Of a DNA stretch of 55,830 bases, positions 30,358-40,329 are shown one piece after another. Made by a program: the position numbers and the translations under genes. Below the pieces are notes generated by a model that did not search any database, was not told the DNA's origin, and saw nothing but the letters and a program-made list of their open reading frames with translations. The DNA is taken from positions 1 to 55,830 of IMG/VR virus record IMGVR_UViG_3300048818_000025; one strand, given 5' to 3'. How positions within the stretch are numbered: the stretch's first letter is position 1; every line of letters starts with the position of its first letter. This DNA is from a virus. Lineage: Duplodnaviria; Caudoviricetes.

Positions 30358-31101
30358 CTAGAACATCATCGGATCATGCGGTGTAAATATCGGCGCGACG
30401 AAATATATCAGCGCAAGCGCCAAGCCGACCAACGCAAAGGCTAAGGCGGTCAGGACAACCCGCACGGCGCGGAAGCCGTAGCGGCCTATATCAATAGGCA
30501 AATGCCTTACAGCCAACGGCCTGTTCCATTGATGCTGTTTTGGAAAGCCGAAATGACGGTGCATTATCCGAACTCCACCTCTAGCCAAAGCGCGAGCATG
30601 AATGCGAAGGTTGCAGCGGCGATGAATTGAGTAATGTGCTGCATTGGCCTAAGTCTGCTGATTAAGAAACTCTATAACGCGCTCGACAGAAATAGCTTCT
30701 TTCGGAATATCTCGAACGGATTTGTGCAATAGAACGAATTGCCCCATCCCTGGGATGACGGTCACACCATGACCGCCTCCGGTAAATTCTGGCAAGCCAT
30801 TCGTCGGCGCTTTCCAAAAGTAATACATGGCCCTCATCACCTATAACTGATCGTCTCTGCGGCCAAGGTGGCCCTTGATCCAATCGGCCTTTGTTATTTC
30901 CAGACGACCGATTGCCTCAGAAAACTTGTTTGTGCCGCTGCTCCTATTTGTCCATTCCCCGTTGGGGTGGCTCAACAACATGATAACGGTATCTATATTC
31001 CCGGCTTCTGCCTCGGCCAGCGTCTCGCGCAAAATGCTGATGATGCTTTCTCGGACTTCATCTTGCGCTGTAGGCTTAGGAACTAGGGTAACAGGTTTCA
31101 T
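30358..31101 (-). CDS. Small hypothetical genes (30358-30588, 30649-30840, 30841-31101)
   Basis: Abutting minus-strand ORFs. Confidence 0.5.
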
Positions 31102-31542
31102 GGAATGACCTTCGCCACAACATAGCCGATTAGAAAACCAATAGAAGCGCCGATGATTGCTGTTGCCATTGTCAGTCTCTATTTATAAGCGCCGTAAGCT
31201 TCTTTTTTCAGGTGACGTATCTCGCCGCGCAACTTCTTTATTTCGGTCGCCTGATCGACGGTCACGATCCTAAGACGCTCCAATTCCTCGCCACGCTCGG
31301 CAAGCCTTTTGGTGAGAAATTCCTCGCGCTTGTTCATTGGCGCTGACTGCCTATGACCGCCGAACTTTGATTAAATCGACGGTTGCCACACCCGCCAAAA
31401 CGCCAGCTACATAGCTCGCCCCGCCTGACCAGTTTATTGAGCCGACTTCGTGAGGCAATCCGTTTGCCATCAGAACTAGCCCGAAAGAGGCACACCACAT
31501 TGAAACCTTATATTGCCAATCCATTTTGGCGCTTCCTTCCGA

Positions 31543-31809
31543 TCACAGGGCCGCTTTCCGGCATACGCTTGCGGTCAATGGCTCCAAACCACAGGATAAG
31601 CTCCTGTAGGACCAAGTTCCGGCAGTCATAAACTTTTCGTGCCAGTGTTTTATCTGCCGAGCCTTGATTAGCTCCAGCGGCATGTCGCCCAAGTCCTGCT
31701 CAATGCGCTTGCACAAATGGCCGTAATGCTCTCGCGTGTGATAGCGGAGTTTGTGAAATGGAGAATCCACATCTGAGATATAGGACGCAATCAACTCGTT
31801 CGGTGTCAT
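31543..31809 (-). pseudogene. Probable remnant of a tyrosine integrase (core-binding domain only)
   Basis: LIASY..D.DSPFHKLRY.TR.HY..LC.RI..DLG...L..IKAR.I..WH; no catalytic domain follows. Confidence 0.5.
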
Positions 31810-32180
31810 TTCATTTCCTTAATGTCGGTGGCTATCTTCTGCATTGCTTCTAAGTCGTTTCTCGCATCCCAAAGCGCCTTGGCTATCGGTAGCGGATCAA
31901 TCCCCATATTAGACCACCAACTAAATTCCCCGGAATTGTGCTGCGCGTTTGGATATAGACGATGATGACCTGCACATAACGGTAAAATCCAACGATGATC
32001 GCGCCCATTAAGTTTTTTGTATCTAGCGTCACTAAACCGGAGGTGCGCCGCTTCTGCTTCCGCGCCGCAAATCAAACATGGGCATTGTCTGATATTCTTT
32101 ATGAACTTCCCAAACGCATCCGGCTGGCGCTTGCTTCGGCTGGTTGTTTTATCCAAACGAGAAATTACTTTACCACTCAT
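31806..32180 (-). CDS. DUF968-like putative HNH/zinc nuclease
   Basis: IRQCPCLICG...EAAHLR...ILPLC..HH...QH. Confidence 0.7.
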   Translation of the reverse strand: MSGKVISRLDKTTSRSKRQPDAFGKFIKNIRQCPCLICGAEAEAAHLRFSDARYKKLNGRDHRWILPLCAGHHRLYPNAQHNSGEFSWWSNMGIDPLPIAKALWDARNDLEAMQKIATDIKEMK

Positions 32181-32494
32181 TCCACAACCTTCTTGGGCCT
32201 TCCCCTTTTCCGCTTAACCGGAATTTCATCTACCGCCTTGCGCAGTTCTGCAATTGGCTTTGCGGAAACCTTGGCGCTGGCGAACCTGGATTCACGCTGT
32301 TCGCGTAGTGCTATTTCCTTGGGGCCTAGAGTTTTAGACACTTCTCGTTGCTCTTATCTCGGCCCGCAGTTGTTTCGTAACCAAGCCCTGTAGCTTGGCA
32401 TGACAAGCGTTTGCTGCCTTAAGCCGCCGATGCTTCATGTGTTCGTGATAGCGGCGCTTGAGGCTGAATATCTGTTCGGACCTAGTAGCTATAT

Positions 32495-32950
32495 TCATAT
32501 ATGCCTCCATGTCTTTCCAGTTTTAATATTGGAAATGACAGATTGAGATATATTGTATGATTTTGATATTTCTTTTTGCAATCTATTATCCAAACGAATA
32601 TCCAAAATATCCTTTGGTGTTAAAACTGCGAAATGATGATTAACCCCGCATGGGTGCGGTGGCATTTTCATTCTTTTTTTATTTCTCATATCATCCATAT
32701 TTTCTTGATGGGTGCCGAGAAATAAATGATCAACATTTACACAGAGAGGATTGTCGCATCTATGACACACAAAAAATTCTTGAGGATCACCATTCGTAAT
32801 AATCCACGCAACACGATGGGCGAGGCGATTTTTCCCATAATATGAAATTCTTCCATACCCCACATTGCTAAGTGCGCCCAACCAAATAAAGCAGCCAGAG
32901 TTTGGCTCTGGAATATATTTATTCTCAAATCTTTCAATGAGAGTTCTCAT
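32495..32950 (-). CDS. HNH homing endonuclease
   Basis: PEPNSGCFIW, AHRVAW, VCHRCDNPLCVNVDHL..GT..ENM; low GC. Confidence 0.9.
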   Translation of the reverse strand: MRTLIERFENKYIPEPNSGCFIWLGALSNVGYGRISYYGKNRLAHRVAWIITNGDPQEFFVCHRCDNPLCVNVDHLFLGTHQENMDDMRNKKRMKMPPHPCGVNHHFAVLTPKDILDIRLDNRLQKEISKSYNISQSVISNIKTGKTWRHI

Positions 32951-32954
32951 AGCT

Positions 32955-33266
32955 TTATATCCTGCGCTCCGCTCTTGCCGTTGCTTCGGCTGATTGTTGC
33001 TCGCTGAATTTCATTCTAATCCACTCAAGCTGAACCTTCAAAAGATTTGCATGCTTGCGGGCGTCCGTCATTGTCTTGATGTAGCTCGTCCATTGCTCAG
33101 AGGCCTTTGCCAGCATTTCAGCTTTGGAAACCGAGTCGGCGTTGGTCGCTAGCATCATCTGAGAAAGGTTGGCTGATTTAGTCTCTTCGAGAAGAGAGGC
33201 GGCGGCATCGGCCTCAACCCAGGCCTTTGCCGCCAGCCTAAAAGTTTCTGAGAGTATCTTTGCCAT
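32955..33266 (-). CDS. Conserved coiled-coil phage protein (recombination cluster)
   Basis: ORF coupled to the SSB gene. Confidence 0.65.
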   Translation of the reverse strand: MAKILSETFRLAAKAWVEADAAASLLEETKSANLSQMMLATNADSVSKAEMLAKASEQWTSYIKTMTDARKHANLLKVQLEWIRMKFSEQQSAEATARAERRI

Positions 33267-33718
33267 CAGAACGGGATTTCGTCGTCCATATCGCCAGGTT
33301 GACGAGACGGCACCTGATCGTCGGCAAAGTCATCATCAGCATTAGCTTGTAATTTGGACGGCTGGCGTTGCTGTGCAGGCTGCGCTTGCTGCTGTGGTGG
33401 ACGGGCTGATTTATTTCGTGATGGCCCGCGCACGCGGATCGCCGGGACTGTCTTACCCTGAAAATCCACCATAGCTTCAAACAGAACGATTTCGTGCCCC
33501 GTCCAATCGTCGGTTTCATCGCCATAGATTATTGAGATATTGTTGGCGTTGGTCTTGTTCAAAACCATGCCCTTTTCCTTGCCCTGGAAATATAGGATTA
33601 GTTTCTTATCGTCGCCAATCATTTCATATTCAACCCGGCCCATCTTAACCAAAACTTGCCGCTGTTGCAGATCGGATGCTTTCAGGTATTTTGATGGAAA
33701 GGCTTCTGAGGTACGCAT
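33266..33718 (-). CDS. Single-stranded DNA-binding protein
   Basis: FPSKYLKASDL...LNKTNA; acidic C-terminus DDEIPF. Confidence 0.8.
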   Translation of the reverse strand: MRTSEAFPSKYLKASDLQQRQVLVKMGRVEYEMIGDDKKLILYFQGKEKGMVLNKTNANNISIIYGDETDDWTGHEIVLFEAMVDFQGKTVPAIRVRGPSRNKSARPPQQQAQPAQQRQPSKLQANADDDFADDQVPSRQPGDMDDEIPF

Positions 33719-33741
33719 GTAGGTTCCTTTGAGGTTAAGTG

Positions 33742-34503
33742 TTAGATTTCTCTTGTCGTTTCGGCTATTACGCCATCTGGCAGCGCGCCTTTTAATTTAC
33801 GATAATCCCTCGCTGCCAAAAGGATTGCCGCTTCTATTTTCTCATTTGGACCAATAGCCTTTATGGCCTTTGCATAGCTGGTCAAAACAAGAGTTTCCTT
33901 GGTCCGCATGGAAAGGGCGCGACCTGAAAAGCCACCACCAACGCGCACGTTAACGTCGCGCTCGGCTCTAACGGCCTCACGGGAGGCTTTGCCGTAGTCA
34001 GCAAAGGCGCTATCAGCCTCGGCAATGGCTTCGCCTACGTTAGCTCCAATTTCGCCTACCGCTGCGTCGGCTTTGATATTTTGCTCGCGCTGTTCGGCTT
34101 CGCGCGCAACTCGTTCGGCTTCTTCGGCACGCTGTCTAGCTTCCTCTGCTATGCGGAGGCGCTTTTCTTCTTCGGCTTGTGCAAAGGCCGTCAATCGCGC
34201 TTTAAGCTCGCTGAAAATACGGTCAAATATGCCGGGCCGTTTGGGGTCGGTATTGTGGTGCGATTTGAATTGATCGTTAATATCGGCTAGTTTTGTATTG
34301 AGCGGCGTAACGAGTTGAACGCGCTCGGCCTCAATGTCGTCAAGGGTTGATCTAGTGCGGTCAAAGAAAAGCTTGCCTTGCTCAGCTTGTGCACCGTTTT
34401 CAATAACGGGATTTTCCGCAAGCCACGCCGACAAGTCCGCCATGGCAGCCTTGCCAAGATCAATAGACCCAGGCGGCATATTGTGACCAACTTCGGCATT
34501 CAT
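33742..34503 (-). CDS. Coiled-coil hypothetical protein (GHN.PP start)
   Basis: 253-aa helical ORF upstream of SSB. Confidence 0.65.
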   Translation of the reverse strand: MNAEVGHNMPPGSIDLGKAAMADLSAWLAENPVIENGAQAEQGKLFFDRTRSTLDDIEAERVQLVTPLNTKLADINDQFKSHHNTDPKRPGIFDRIFSELKARLTAFAQAEEEKRLRIAEEARQRAEEAERVAREAEQREQNIKADAAVGEIGANVGEAIAEADSAFADYGKASREAVRAERDVNVRVGGGFSGRALSMRTKETLVLTSYAKAIKAIGPNEKIEAAILLAARDYRKLKGALPDGVIAETTREI

Positions 34504-35226
34504 TACATCAACTCCCCAAGGACCATATTGCCGATGCTGACAAACCGATTATCGGCCTGCATAACTGGATTAGTGAACGACACAAAGATTTCTCCGCAAC
34601 GCTTGGTTATGTCCTGCGTTGCTTCGTAAACATCGGCTATGGTTTGGCCGGTTACGATGATTGCGCCTTTGTCGGCTTCAATCATGGTCATGGTTCTTCA
34701 CCTTCTATGCAAGGACCAACCCACTTCGCATCATCAGGCAACCCTACGAGGCGAAACTTCTTGTGGTATCTCTCGGCCTCGTCAAACGATACAAACTCAT
34801 CGCATTCGTTTGTGTATTGCTTGCGGGAGGGAGAATAAAGCACATAGAACATATCACTCACTTGAACTTCTCCAATGGCATCGCCAGTCTGGCGTAACAG
34901 TTATTGGTTTTCAGATCGCACCATGCATCGCGCTTGACCGGCTCATAGCTAGACCAAAACAGCACAAACATAAGAGCGCCGATTAATGCGCCGCAGCCTA
35001 GGAGTGTTTTGGTTTCAGTCATGTTTGTTCTGTGTTGACGATTGAATGTGCATTAGCCAGTGTACGGGACTTGGCCAGTTTGAACTGGCTTATCTTGAAG
35101 CCGGGTAACGGTTAGGCCGTCGCGGCTGATAACTACATCGAGTTTCTTTTCGAGAAACCCAATGAATGCTTCCCGCGCCTGTTCTTTGGCGTCGTAGTTG
35201 ATGCAAGATGACATGAATTTCTGCAT
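34503..35226 (-). CDS. Small early genes (including 34503-34691 and 35053-35226)
   Basis: Minus-strand ORFs downstream of the divergent promoter. Confidence 0.5.
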
Positions 35227-35241
35227 TGGCTTTCCCCTTGC

Positions 35242-35292
35242 GTTGACCCTATAAAGCACACGGTTGACATGCCGTCAATACCTGTATAGAAA
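35242..35292. promoter_or_regulatory. Early divergent promoter pair
   Basis: TTGAC-atgcc-GTCAA back-to-back -35 boxes with TATA-like -10 elements, at the strand switch. Confidence 0.65.
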
Positions 35293-35299
35293 TTAAAAC

Positions 35300-35449
35300 A
35301 TGAAAAAGACGCCGGTTGCCTACAAGCTTAATCCATTGCTAATTAAGCGCCTAAAGGCCGCATCTAAAGGCCATTATGCGCCTACTATGACAGCAATCCT
35401 AGAGCGCGGGATTGAGTTAGCGTTGCGGGAATTGGAGAGAAAGAAATGA
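35300..35449 (+). CDS. Ribbon-helix-helix (Arc/CopG-like) regulator
   Basis: MKKTPVAYKLNPLLIKRLKAAS...MTAILERGIELAL read by hand; first rightward gene. Confidence 0.65.
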   Translation: MKKTPVAYKLNPLLIKRLKAASKGHYAPTMTAILERGIELALRELERKK

Positions 35450-35635
35450 GTGGCTTGGAATGGATTTTAATTCTGGCTCATTATGTTGGCCCCACTTCCT
35501 CACCTTACATAGAGGTTAAGCATTTTCCAACGGAACAAGCTTGTATGGACTATGAAAAAAGACGTGATGGTGGGACAAGCTGTTTTGAGATACCAGTCTC
35601 ATCAATGCGCATTGTTAGATAGTCTCAGGACACAC

Positions 35636-36213
35636 ATGGCAAACTCACCAAAGCGAGATAATGAAACGCAAAGTTCCTATGTGATCCGTCTCATTCAAGA
35701 GGAGGAGCGCGAGCGGTGTGCTAAGATTGCAGAGAATTGGGCTTATCCTCCGGTTGAAACTGCCTCTGGAATTGCCGCCGCTATTCGCAAGCAAGTCTCT
35801 TAACAAATCCAGACTGACAAAATGATTATAGTTGCTTGCAAATGTGGATGGGAAGGCGACCAAGAACTATTGGTTGAAGTGAAGGGCTGTGACGGCAAAT
35901 ACTGCCCTCATTGTGGCAAATGGTTTGCAAGGTGGCCTGCAAGGGCAATAGTCATGGAAGATATGAGAGACGCCACGGGAGAGTTCAAATGACCGCAGCC
36001 TCCTTGCGCGAAATGGCCTACCGCATGTGTAATTGGAGCGCATACGATCTGATTAAGGCTGGTGTGCTGGTCGCGGATAGCAAGGGTGAGCCAGCAGTCG
36101 GCGGATCGGACTGGAAACGCTTCAACATCGACCCTTGGACATTCATCATTAAGCTGCCGGACGACCGACTTGCAAATCTCGCATCACTCATCGATGCGCG
36201 GACTATAAAATAG
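35636..36213 (+). CDS. Small genes 35636-35803, 35822-35992 (CxC/CPHC zinc finger), 35989-36213
   Basis: Coupled ORFs; EERERCAKIAE motif in the first. Confidence 0.55.
35796..35819 (+). repeat. 24-bp direct repeat, copy 1
   Basis: TCTCTTAACAAATCCAGACTGACA; 22/24 identical to 38255-38278. Confidence 0.75.
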
Positions 36214-36253
36214 TGCAACGATGCACCTTTGCTGCCACTTAGAAAGCAGACTC

Positions 36254-36754
36254 ATGCCAAACCCGATTTCATCTTGGACCGACGAGCGAACGTTTCTTGC
36301 GCGTGAGCTTTACGAATCTGGAAAGCATAGCAATGCGCAGATTGCTCGTCGGCTAGGTGGCGTGAGCCGGAATGGCGTCATAGGAAAAGCAAACCGCGAA
36401 GGTTGGGTAAATCCTAATCCTAAACGCGGTGGCACAAAGCCTGGAGAGAAAAGACCGCGAGCCGCTGGCTGGAGCCGCAAGAGTGCGCTATCAATATTCG
36501 GCAATCTATCTCGCAATGATCCTGGCGAAGCTTCCCTTCCCGCTCAAATCACCCCGCCTGAGTTTCTTGCTCTAACACTGGTGGAGCTTGGCAATCGACA
36601 ATGCCATTATATCCCAGGCAATGACCGCCTTTACTGCGGGCAGCCGACTGAGGGAGAATCCTCATATTGCGGATGGTGCAGAAAAATAATATACCAGCCT
36701 ATGTACAGAAGTCATGGGCGATTAACTTTAGTTCCAGTAAACAGTAAGGGGTAA
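36254..36754 (+). CDS. gcrA: GcrA-family cell-cycle regulator
   Basis: WTDER...S.AQIARRLGGVSRNGVIGK..R; L.L.EL...QCHYI.G....YCG......SYC..C. Confidence 0.88.
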   Translation: MPNPISSWTDERTFLARELYESGKHSNAQIARRLGGVSRNGVIGKANREGWVNPNPKRGGTKPGEKRPRAAGWSRKSALSIFGNLSRNDPGEASLPAQITPPEFLALTLVELGNRQCHYIPGNDRLYCGQPTEGESSYCGWCRKIIYQPMYRSHGRLTLVPVNSKG

Positions 36755-36756
36755 AA

Positions 36757-37383
36757 ATGGCCTACTTGGAATCCGAACCAAATTCAGTTCAGCGCGAATT
36801 TCGGCAGGCTCATATTGAGCGACGATTGCGAATAGCCTCGGCAGCTAGGGTTGATAGGCCGATAAATCTCAAGTTCAAGAATGGGATCGACCCATCCATA
36901 GTTAAACGGATTGAGATAAAATCTGTTGATAAAGAGCAAGAAAATATAAACTCTATTCATATCAAAGAGTTAATGGAAAAGTGCATAGCTCTAGAACTTC
37001 AATATAAACAGCTTATGCACAAGTTTTTTCCGCTTGAAACCGCTCCAGATACCCCAGAACCTACCATTTTGATCCGCAAGCCAAGCGTGGCAGAAATAAT
37101 AAAAGAGGTCGCGTTATTTTCGGGATTTACGCGGCTAGATATTCTCTCGCCACGAAGGGAAAAAGAGGTCTGCCGGGCGCGGCAAATATCAGTTTACTTG
37201 GCTAAGAAATTTACCCTACGTAGTTTCCCGGAACTCGGCAGAATATTCGGGCGCGATCATTCTACTCTCGTCCATTCTAGTCAGAAGATCGAGAAAAATC
37301 GCGCAGTTGATCCAATATTGGATGATAATATTAAAGAGCTAGAACTTAGAATTTCTATCATCGCGTCTAAGACTGCACTGTAA
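36757..37383 (+). CDS. Protein with a DnaA C-terminal DNA-binding HTH
   Basis: DILSPRR...V.RARQI..YLA..FT.RSFPELGRIFGRDHSTLVHS. Confidence 0.85.
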   Translation: MAYLESEPNSVQREFRQAHIERRLRIASAARVDRPINLKFKNGIDPSIVKRIEIKSVDKEQENINSIHIKELMEKCIALELQYKQLMHKFFPLETAPDTPEPTILIRKPSVAEIIKEVALFSGFTRLDILSPRREKEVCRARQISVYLAKKFTLRSFPELGRIFGRDHSTLVHSSQKIEKNRAVDPILDDNIKELELRISIIASKTAL

Positions 37384-37387
37384 TCGG

Positions 37388-38080
37388 CGTACAATAAAAC
37401 TGCACCGCGTTACTAAGCCGGGCCGGTTGACTGCCGTCCATTGCTCAGACTTGCCGCGTACAAAATCGACGCATGGCGAAATTGGGCTTTACGATATGCC
37501 AGGTGATATTATCAAGGCCCATATAGAAAACGGGTGGACCTACCACAGCCGAATTACTGTCTGGAAAGACCCTGTAGTGGAAATGCAGCGCACCAAGGCG
37601 CTAGGGCTGCTCTATAAGCAGCTACAGAAAGACGCTACGCGGTCTAGGCAGGGGATGCCGGACTATGTTTTGGTGTTTCGTAAGACCCCGGACGTAGAGC
37701 AGTCCAGCGACCCTGTGGGGCAGGATGCGGCCCATTTCCCGGTTGACCAGTGGCAGCGTTGGGCTTCCCCGGTTTGGATGGATATTAACCAAACCAATGT
37801 CTTGAATGTCCGTATGGCGAAAGAGGACAAAGACGAAAAGCATCTATGCCCGTTGCAATTAGATTTGATCGATCGGGCAATTTACCTTTGGACCAATCGA
37901 GACGATATTGTTCTTTCACCTTTTATGGGCATTGGGTCTGAGGGTGTCATGGCCCTTAAATGCGGGCGTAAATTTGTTGGTGCCGAGCTTAAGCAGTCCT
38001 ACTACCAGCAAGCTATCAAGAATTTAGAGTTTCAGGAATCTGAAAGTGCCGGAGGGGATTTGCTGACAGGTGCAGCGTGA
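37388..38080 (+). pseudogene. N4/N6 DNA methyltransferase, 5'-truncated
   Basis: KPGR..AVHC, WKDP, HLCPLQLD, VLSPFMGIGSEG present; catalytic SPP(F/Y) motif absent; in-frame stop at 37340. Confidence 0.7.
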
Positions 38081-38262
38081 CGCCGGAACGAAAAGTTGAA
38101 TCTGCTTTAGATAATTGGTTTCGCGGCGAAGGATGGACGCTAGATATTTCTGGCGGCGATCACATCGCCAACCAATTCTATGATGATGAAAGTGACGAAG
38201 GATACGAGATTAGCTTGAACTTGACCGAGCTAGCCAAATCAATCGTCACAGAAATCTCTTAA
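38077..38262 (+). CDS. Hypothetical acidic protein
   Basis: GTGA overlap with the methylase stop. Confidence 0.55.
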   Translation: MTPERKVESALDNWFRGEGWTLDISGGDHIANQFYDDESDEGYEISLNLTELAKSIVTEIS

Positions 38263-38278
38263 CAACTACAGACTGACA
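38255..38278 (+). repeat. 24-bp direct repeat, copy 2, abutting the island's left end
   Basis: TCTCTTAACAACTACAGACTGACA. Confidence 0.75.
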
Positions 38279-38284
38279 GTTGGC

Positions 38285-38954
38285 CTATTTTAATAGAATT
38301 GTGAGTGCTATGGTAAACAATCCGCAAACTATGAACCATTCCGCTGCTGCGCTTTGCATATCGGCCTATTCTGACTTAAGGGCAGCGACGGCAATGCGCC
38401 TCGCTCTCACCCGGCAAGCTGGCTTGTAGCTATCCTCTTTTCGGTCGCGTAGAGGCAGGTCCGCGATCTTCTGCAACGCCTTCCGCAACCGCGTCACGGT
38501 CAAGGCTAAATGCACTATGCGTTCCTGGCGCGTCACGGCGGGGTAATCCTACTGCTTGACCTTCTCAAATCGAAGGCTGTGGAATTTAGCAAATTCGGCG
38601 ACGGCTTTCAGGTTAGGCAAGTCAACGTCCGCATTCTGCACAGCACCAGTCCAGACCTTATTCGAGCGGCCATTGCCATGCTGGTCGCAAGCGATTAGCT
38701 CGCCGCATAGGCGCTCGCCTTCATAAAACCGAACCGTTGTGCATTCTTGGCGCGGCATTGGGCTATTCCTTCAACTTTAGAAGTGCATTGAGACAAGCGT
38801 TAAGTTCAATCTCGTCGCGTTCCGTCCATGGGGCCATTCCGTAATTGAATGTGCAAACTTCTCGATCCCATGAAGCGTGGATAGTGCGCCGATTACGATC
38901 AGGTTTGCCACCAAGTAGCGTCTGCAATACAAAATATGGCGGCAGCGTAACCAT
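38285..38954 (-). CDS. Left-array genes 38285-38359, 38366-38536, 38549-38758, 38763-38954
   Basis: Each ends in TAG within a junction motif, with the next start 4-12 nt later; the two leftmost read by hand. Confidence 0.6.
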
Positions 38955-38971
38955 CGGCGGGGCCTCTATAT

Positions 38972-39307
38972 TCAACGGGTGGGTGGTGCTGGTAGCAGCA
39001 TCCAATAAGTCGGATTTACGAGGGACAGCAATTCAGCTTCAAGCGACCCCTCGTACCAGCCAGCGGGGGCGAAATCGCCGTCCTCGTCGTAGTCATGCTT
39101 TGGTAGGTCGTCGCGATACTGCGCGTGCATGGACCGCCACTTGCCGAGCGAGTTGAAAAACCCGACCAGCAACAGCCGATCCTTCGGCGCTGTCTCAATC
39201 GGTTTCCACTCGTCGCTTTTGGCTTTTCCGGGTAGCTGGCAAATATCGGCAACGTCATGATCGTGTTGCAGATGATCGCTCAGTTGTGATGCTAGCGTTT
39301 CGGTCAT
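38972..39307 (-). CDS. DUF551-like protein
   Basis: WKPIETAPKD...PTYWMLLPAPP. Confidence 0.7.
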   Translation of the reverse strand: MTETLASQLSDHLQHDHDVADICQLPGKAKSDEWKPIETAPKDRLLLVGFFNSLGKWRSMHAQYRDDLPKHDYDEDGDFAPAGWYEGSLEAELLSLVNPTYWMLLPAPPTR

Positions 39308-39317
39308 GGCTGCGGGC

Positions 39318-39780
39318 CTATTTCGCTAGGTTTTGGATTTGCGTTTCTAGGTGGCGCACATCGGCCTCGCAGCCGCACGCCTTGGCATCGGCAAGCTCTT
39401 TAGTGAGCCGATTTAGCTTGGCCTGTTTTCGGTCCTGTGCGGTCATTTTCGGGCCTATTCTAACTGATCGCGGAGGTCGCTGACGGCTTCCGCTTCCGTC
39501 TTGCCGTAGCCAATGGGGCGGCCCGGCTCATAGCCATCCTCAACCGCCGACCAATCAAACGATCTTATCGGAATTGGTGGATAAATATGGGCGGTGACTA
39601 TTTTCATGCCGCCATTTTCACCTTCGCCAAAATGGCCTGATTGGTGAGTTTGACATTCAGCTTAAGGTTATTTGTTGCGAACGATAGGGCTGCGGGAAGC
39701 GTCCAAAATCCCAATTCATCGCCCCGCTCTGAAATCTTGAGGAACCAGCAGTTGTTCCGGTAATCAATGGTGGTGGTCAT
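39318..39780 (-). CDS. Left-array genes 39318-39446, 39455-39607, 39604-39780
   Basis: Read by hand; TAGGCCCG junctions at 39318 and 39455. Confidence 0.6.
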
Positions 39781-39808
39781 TTGTGCTCTCCGTTTCCGAT
39801 AAATATAC

Positions 39809-39829
39809 AATACGCCAATTTGGCGTATT
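39809..39829 (-). promoter_or_regulatory. Perfect palindromic operator inside a leftward promoter
   Basis: AATACGCCAA-T-TTGGCGTATT between TTGCAA and TATATT, just after the HTH gene. Confidence 0.7.
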
Positions 39830-39837
39830 TGCAATAG

Positions 39838-40047
39838 CTATCTGCGCAACTTTATTGCTTTCTTTTGGAGCCTGTTTAGGGCCATCCGGTCCTTACCAAC
39901 GGCCAGCAAAACCATAGAAACGGCCAGTGGTGGGCCTTCTGAAGCCCAACGCTGGCCGCTGCGGGCGCTGGTGCCAAATAGCTCGCCTGCAGCTTCCTGG
40001 GTAAGCCCAAGGGCCTCAATACGGCTGCGGTAGGCTTCTGGCGACAC
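39838..40047 (-). CDS. XRE-like HTH regulator, homologue of 27710-27904
   Basis: MSPEAYR..IEALGLTQ..AGELFG...RSGQRW. Confidence 0.75.
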   Translation of the reverse strand: MSPEAYRSRIEALGLTQEAAGELFGTSARSGQRWASEGPPLAVSMVLLAVGKDRMALNRLQKKAIKLRR

Positions 40048-40053
40048 GGCGGC

Positions 40054-40314
40054 CTAATCTAACAGGGTTAGAGTTTCGCGGGCCTTGGTAAGACAGCCCT
40101 GCATATCGGTGTGGTGTTCGGTGATCCATTCCAGCGCATCCTTCGCCGCGACCAGCCTCATATCGCGCTCCATCACAAGATCAGCAATCTCGGCCTCGAC
40201 TTGCTTGCGCTCGGTAGCTATTGCGCCAGCGACCTGATCCCTCAACGCGCCGGAATGAGCCGCGACTATCGCGTTAGCCTTGTCAAAATCCTCGTTGTGG
40301 ATAGCTACGGGCAT
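40054..40314 (-). CDS. Hypothetical protein (array gene)
   Basis: Bounded by junction motifs on both sides. Confidence 0.6.
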   Translation of the reverse strand: MPVAIHNEDFDKANAIVAAHSGALRDQVAGAIATERKQVEAEIADLVMERDMRLVAAKDALEWITEHHTDMQGCLTKARETLTLLD

Positions 40315-40329
40315 TTCGGGCCTTATTTG

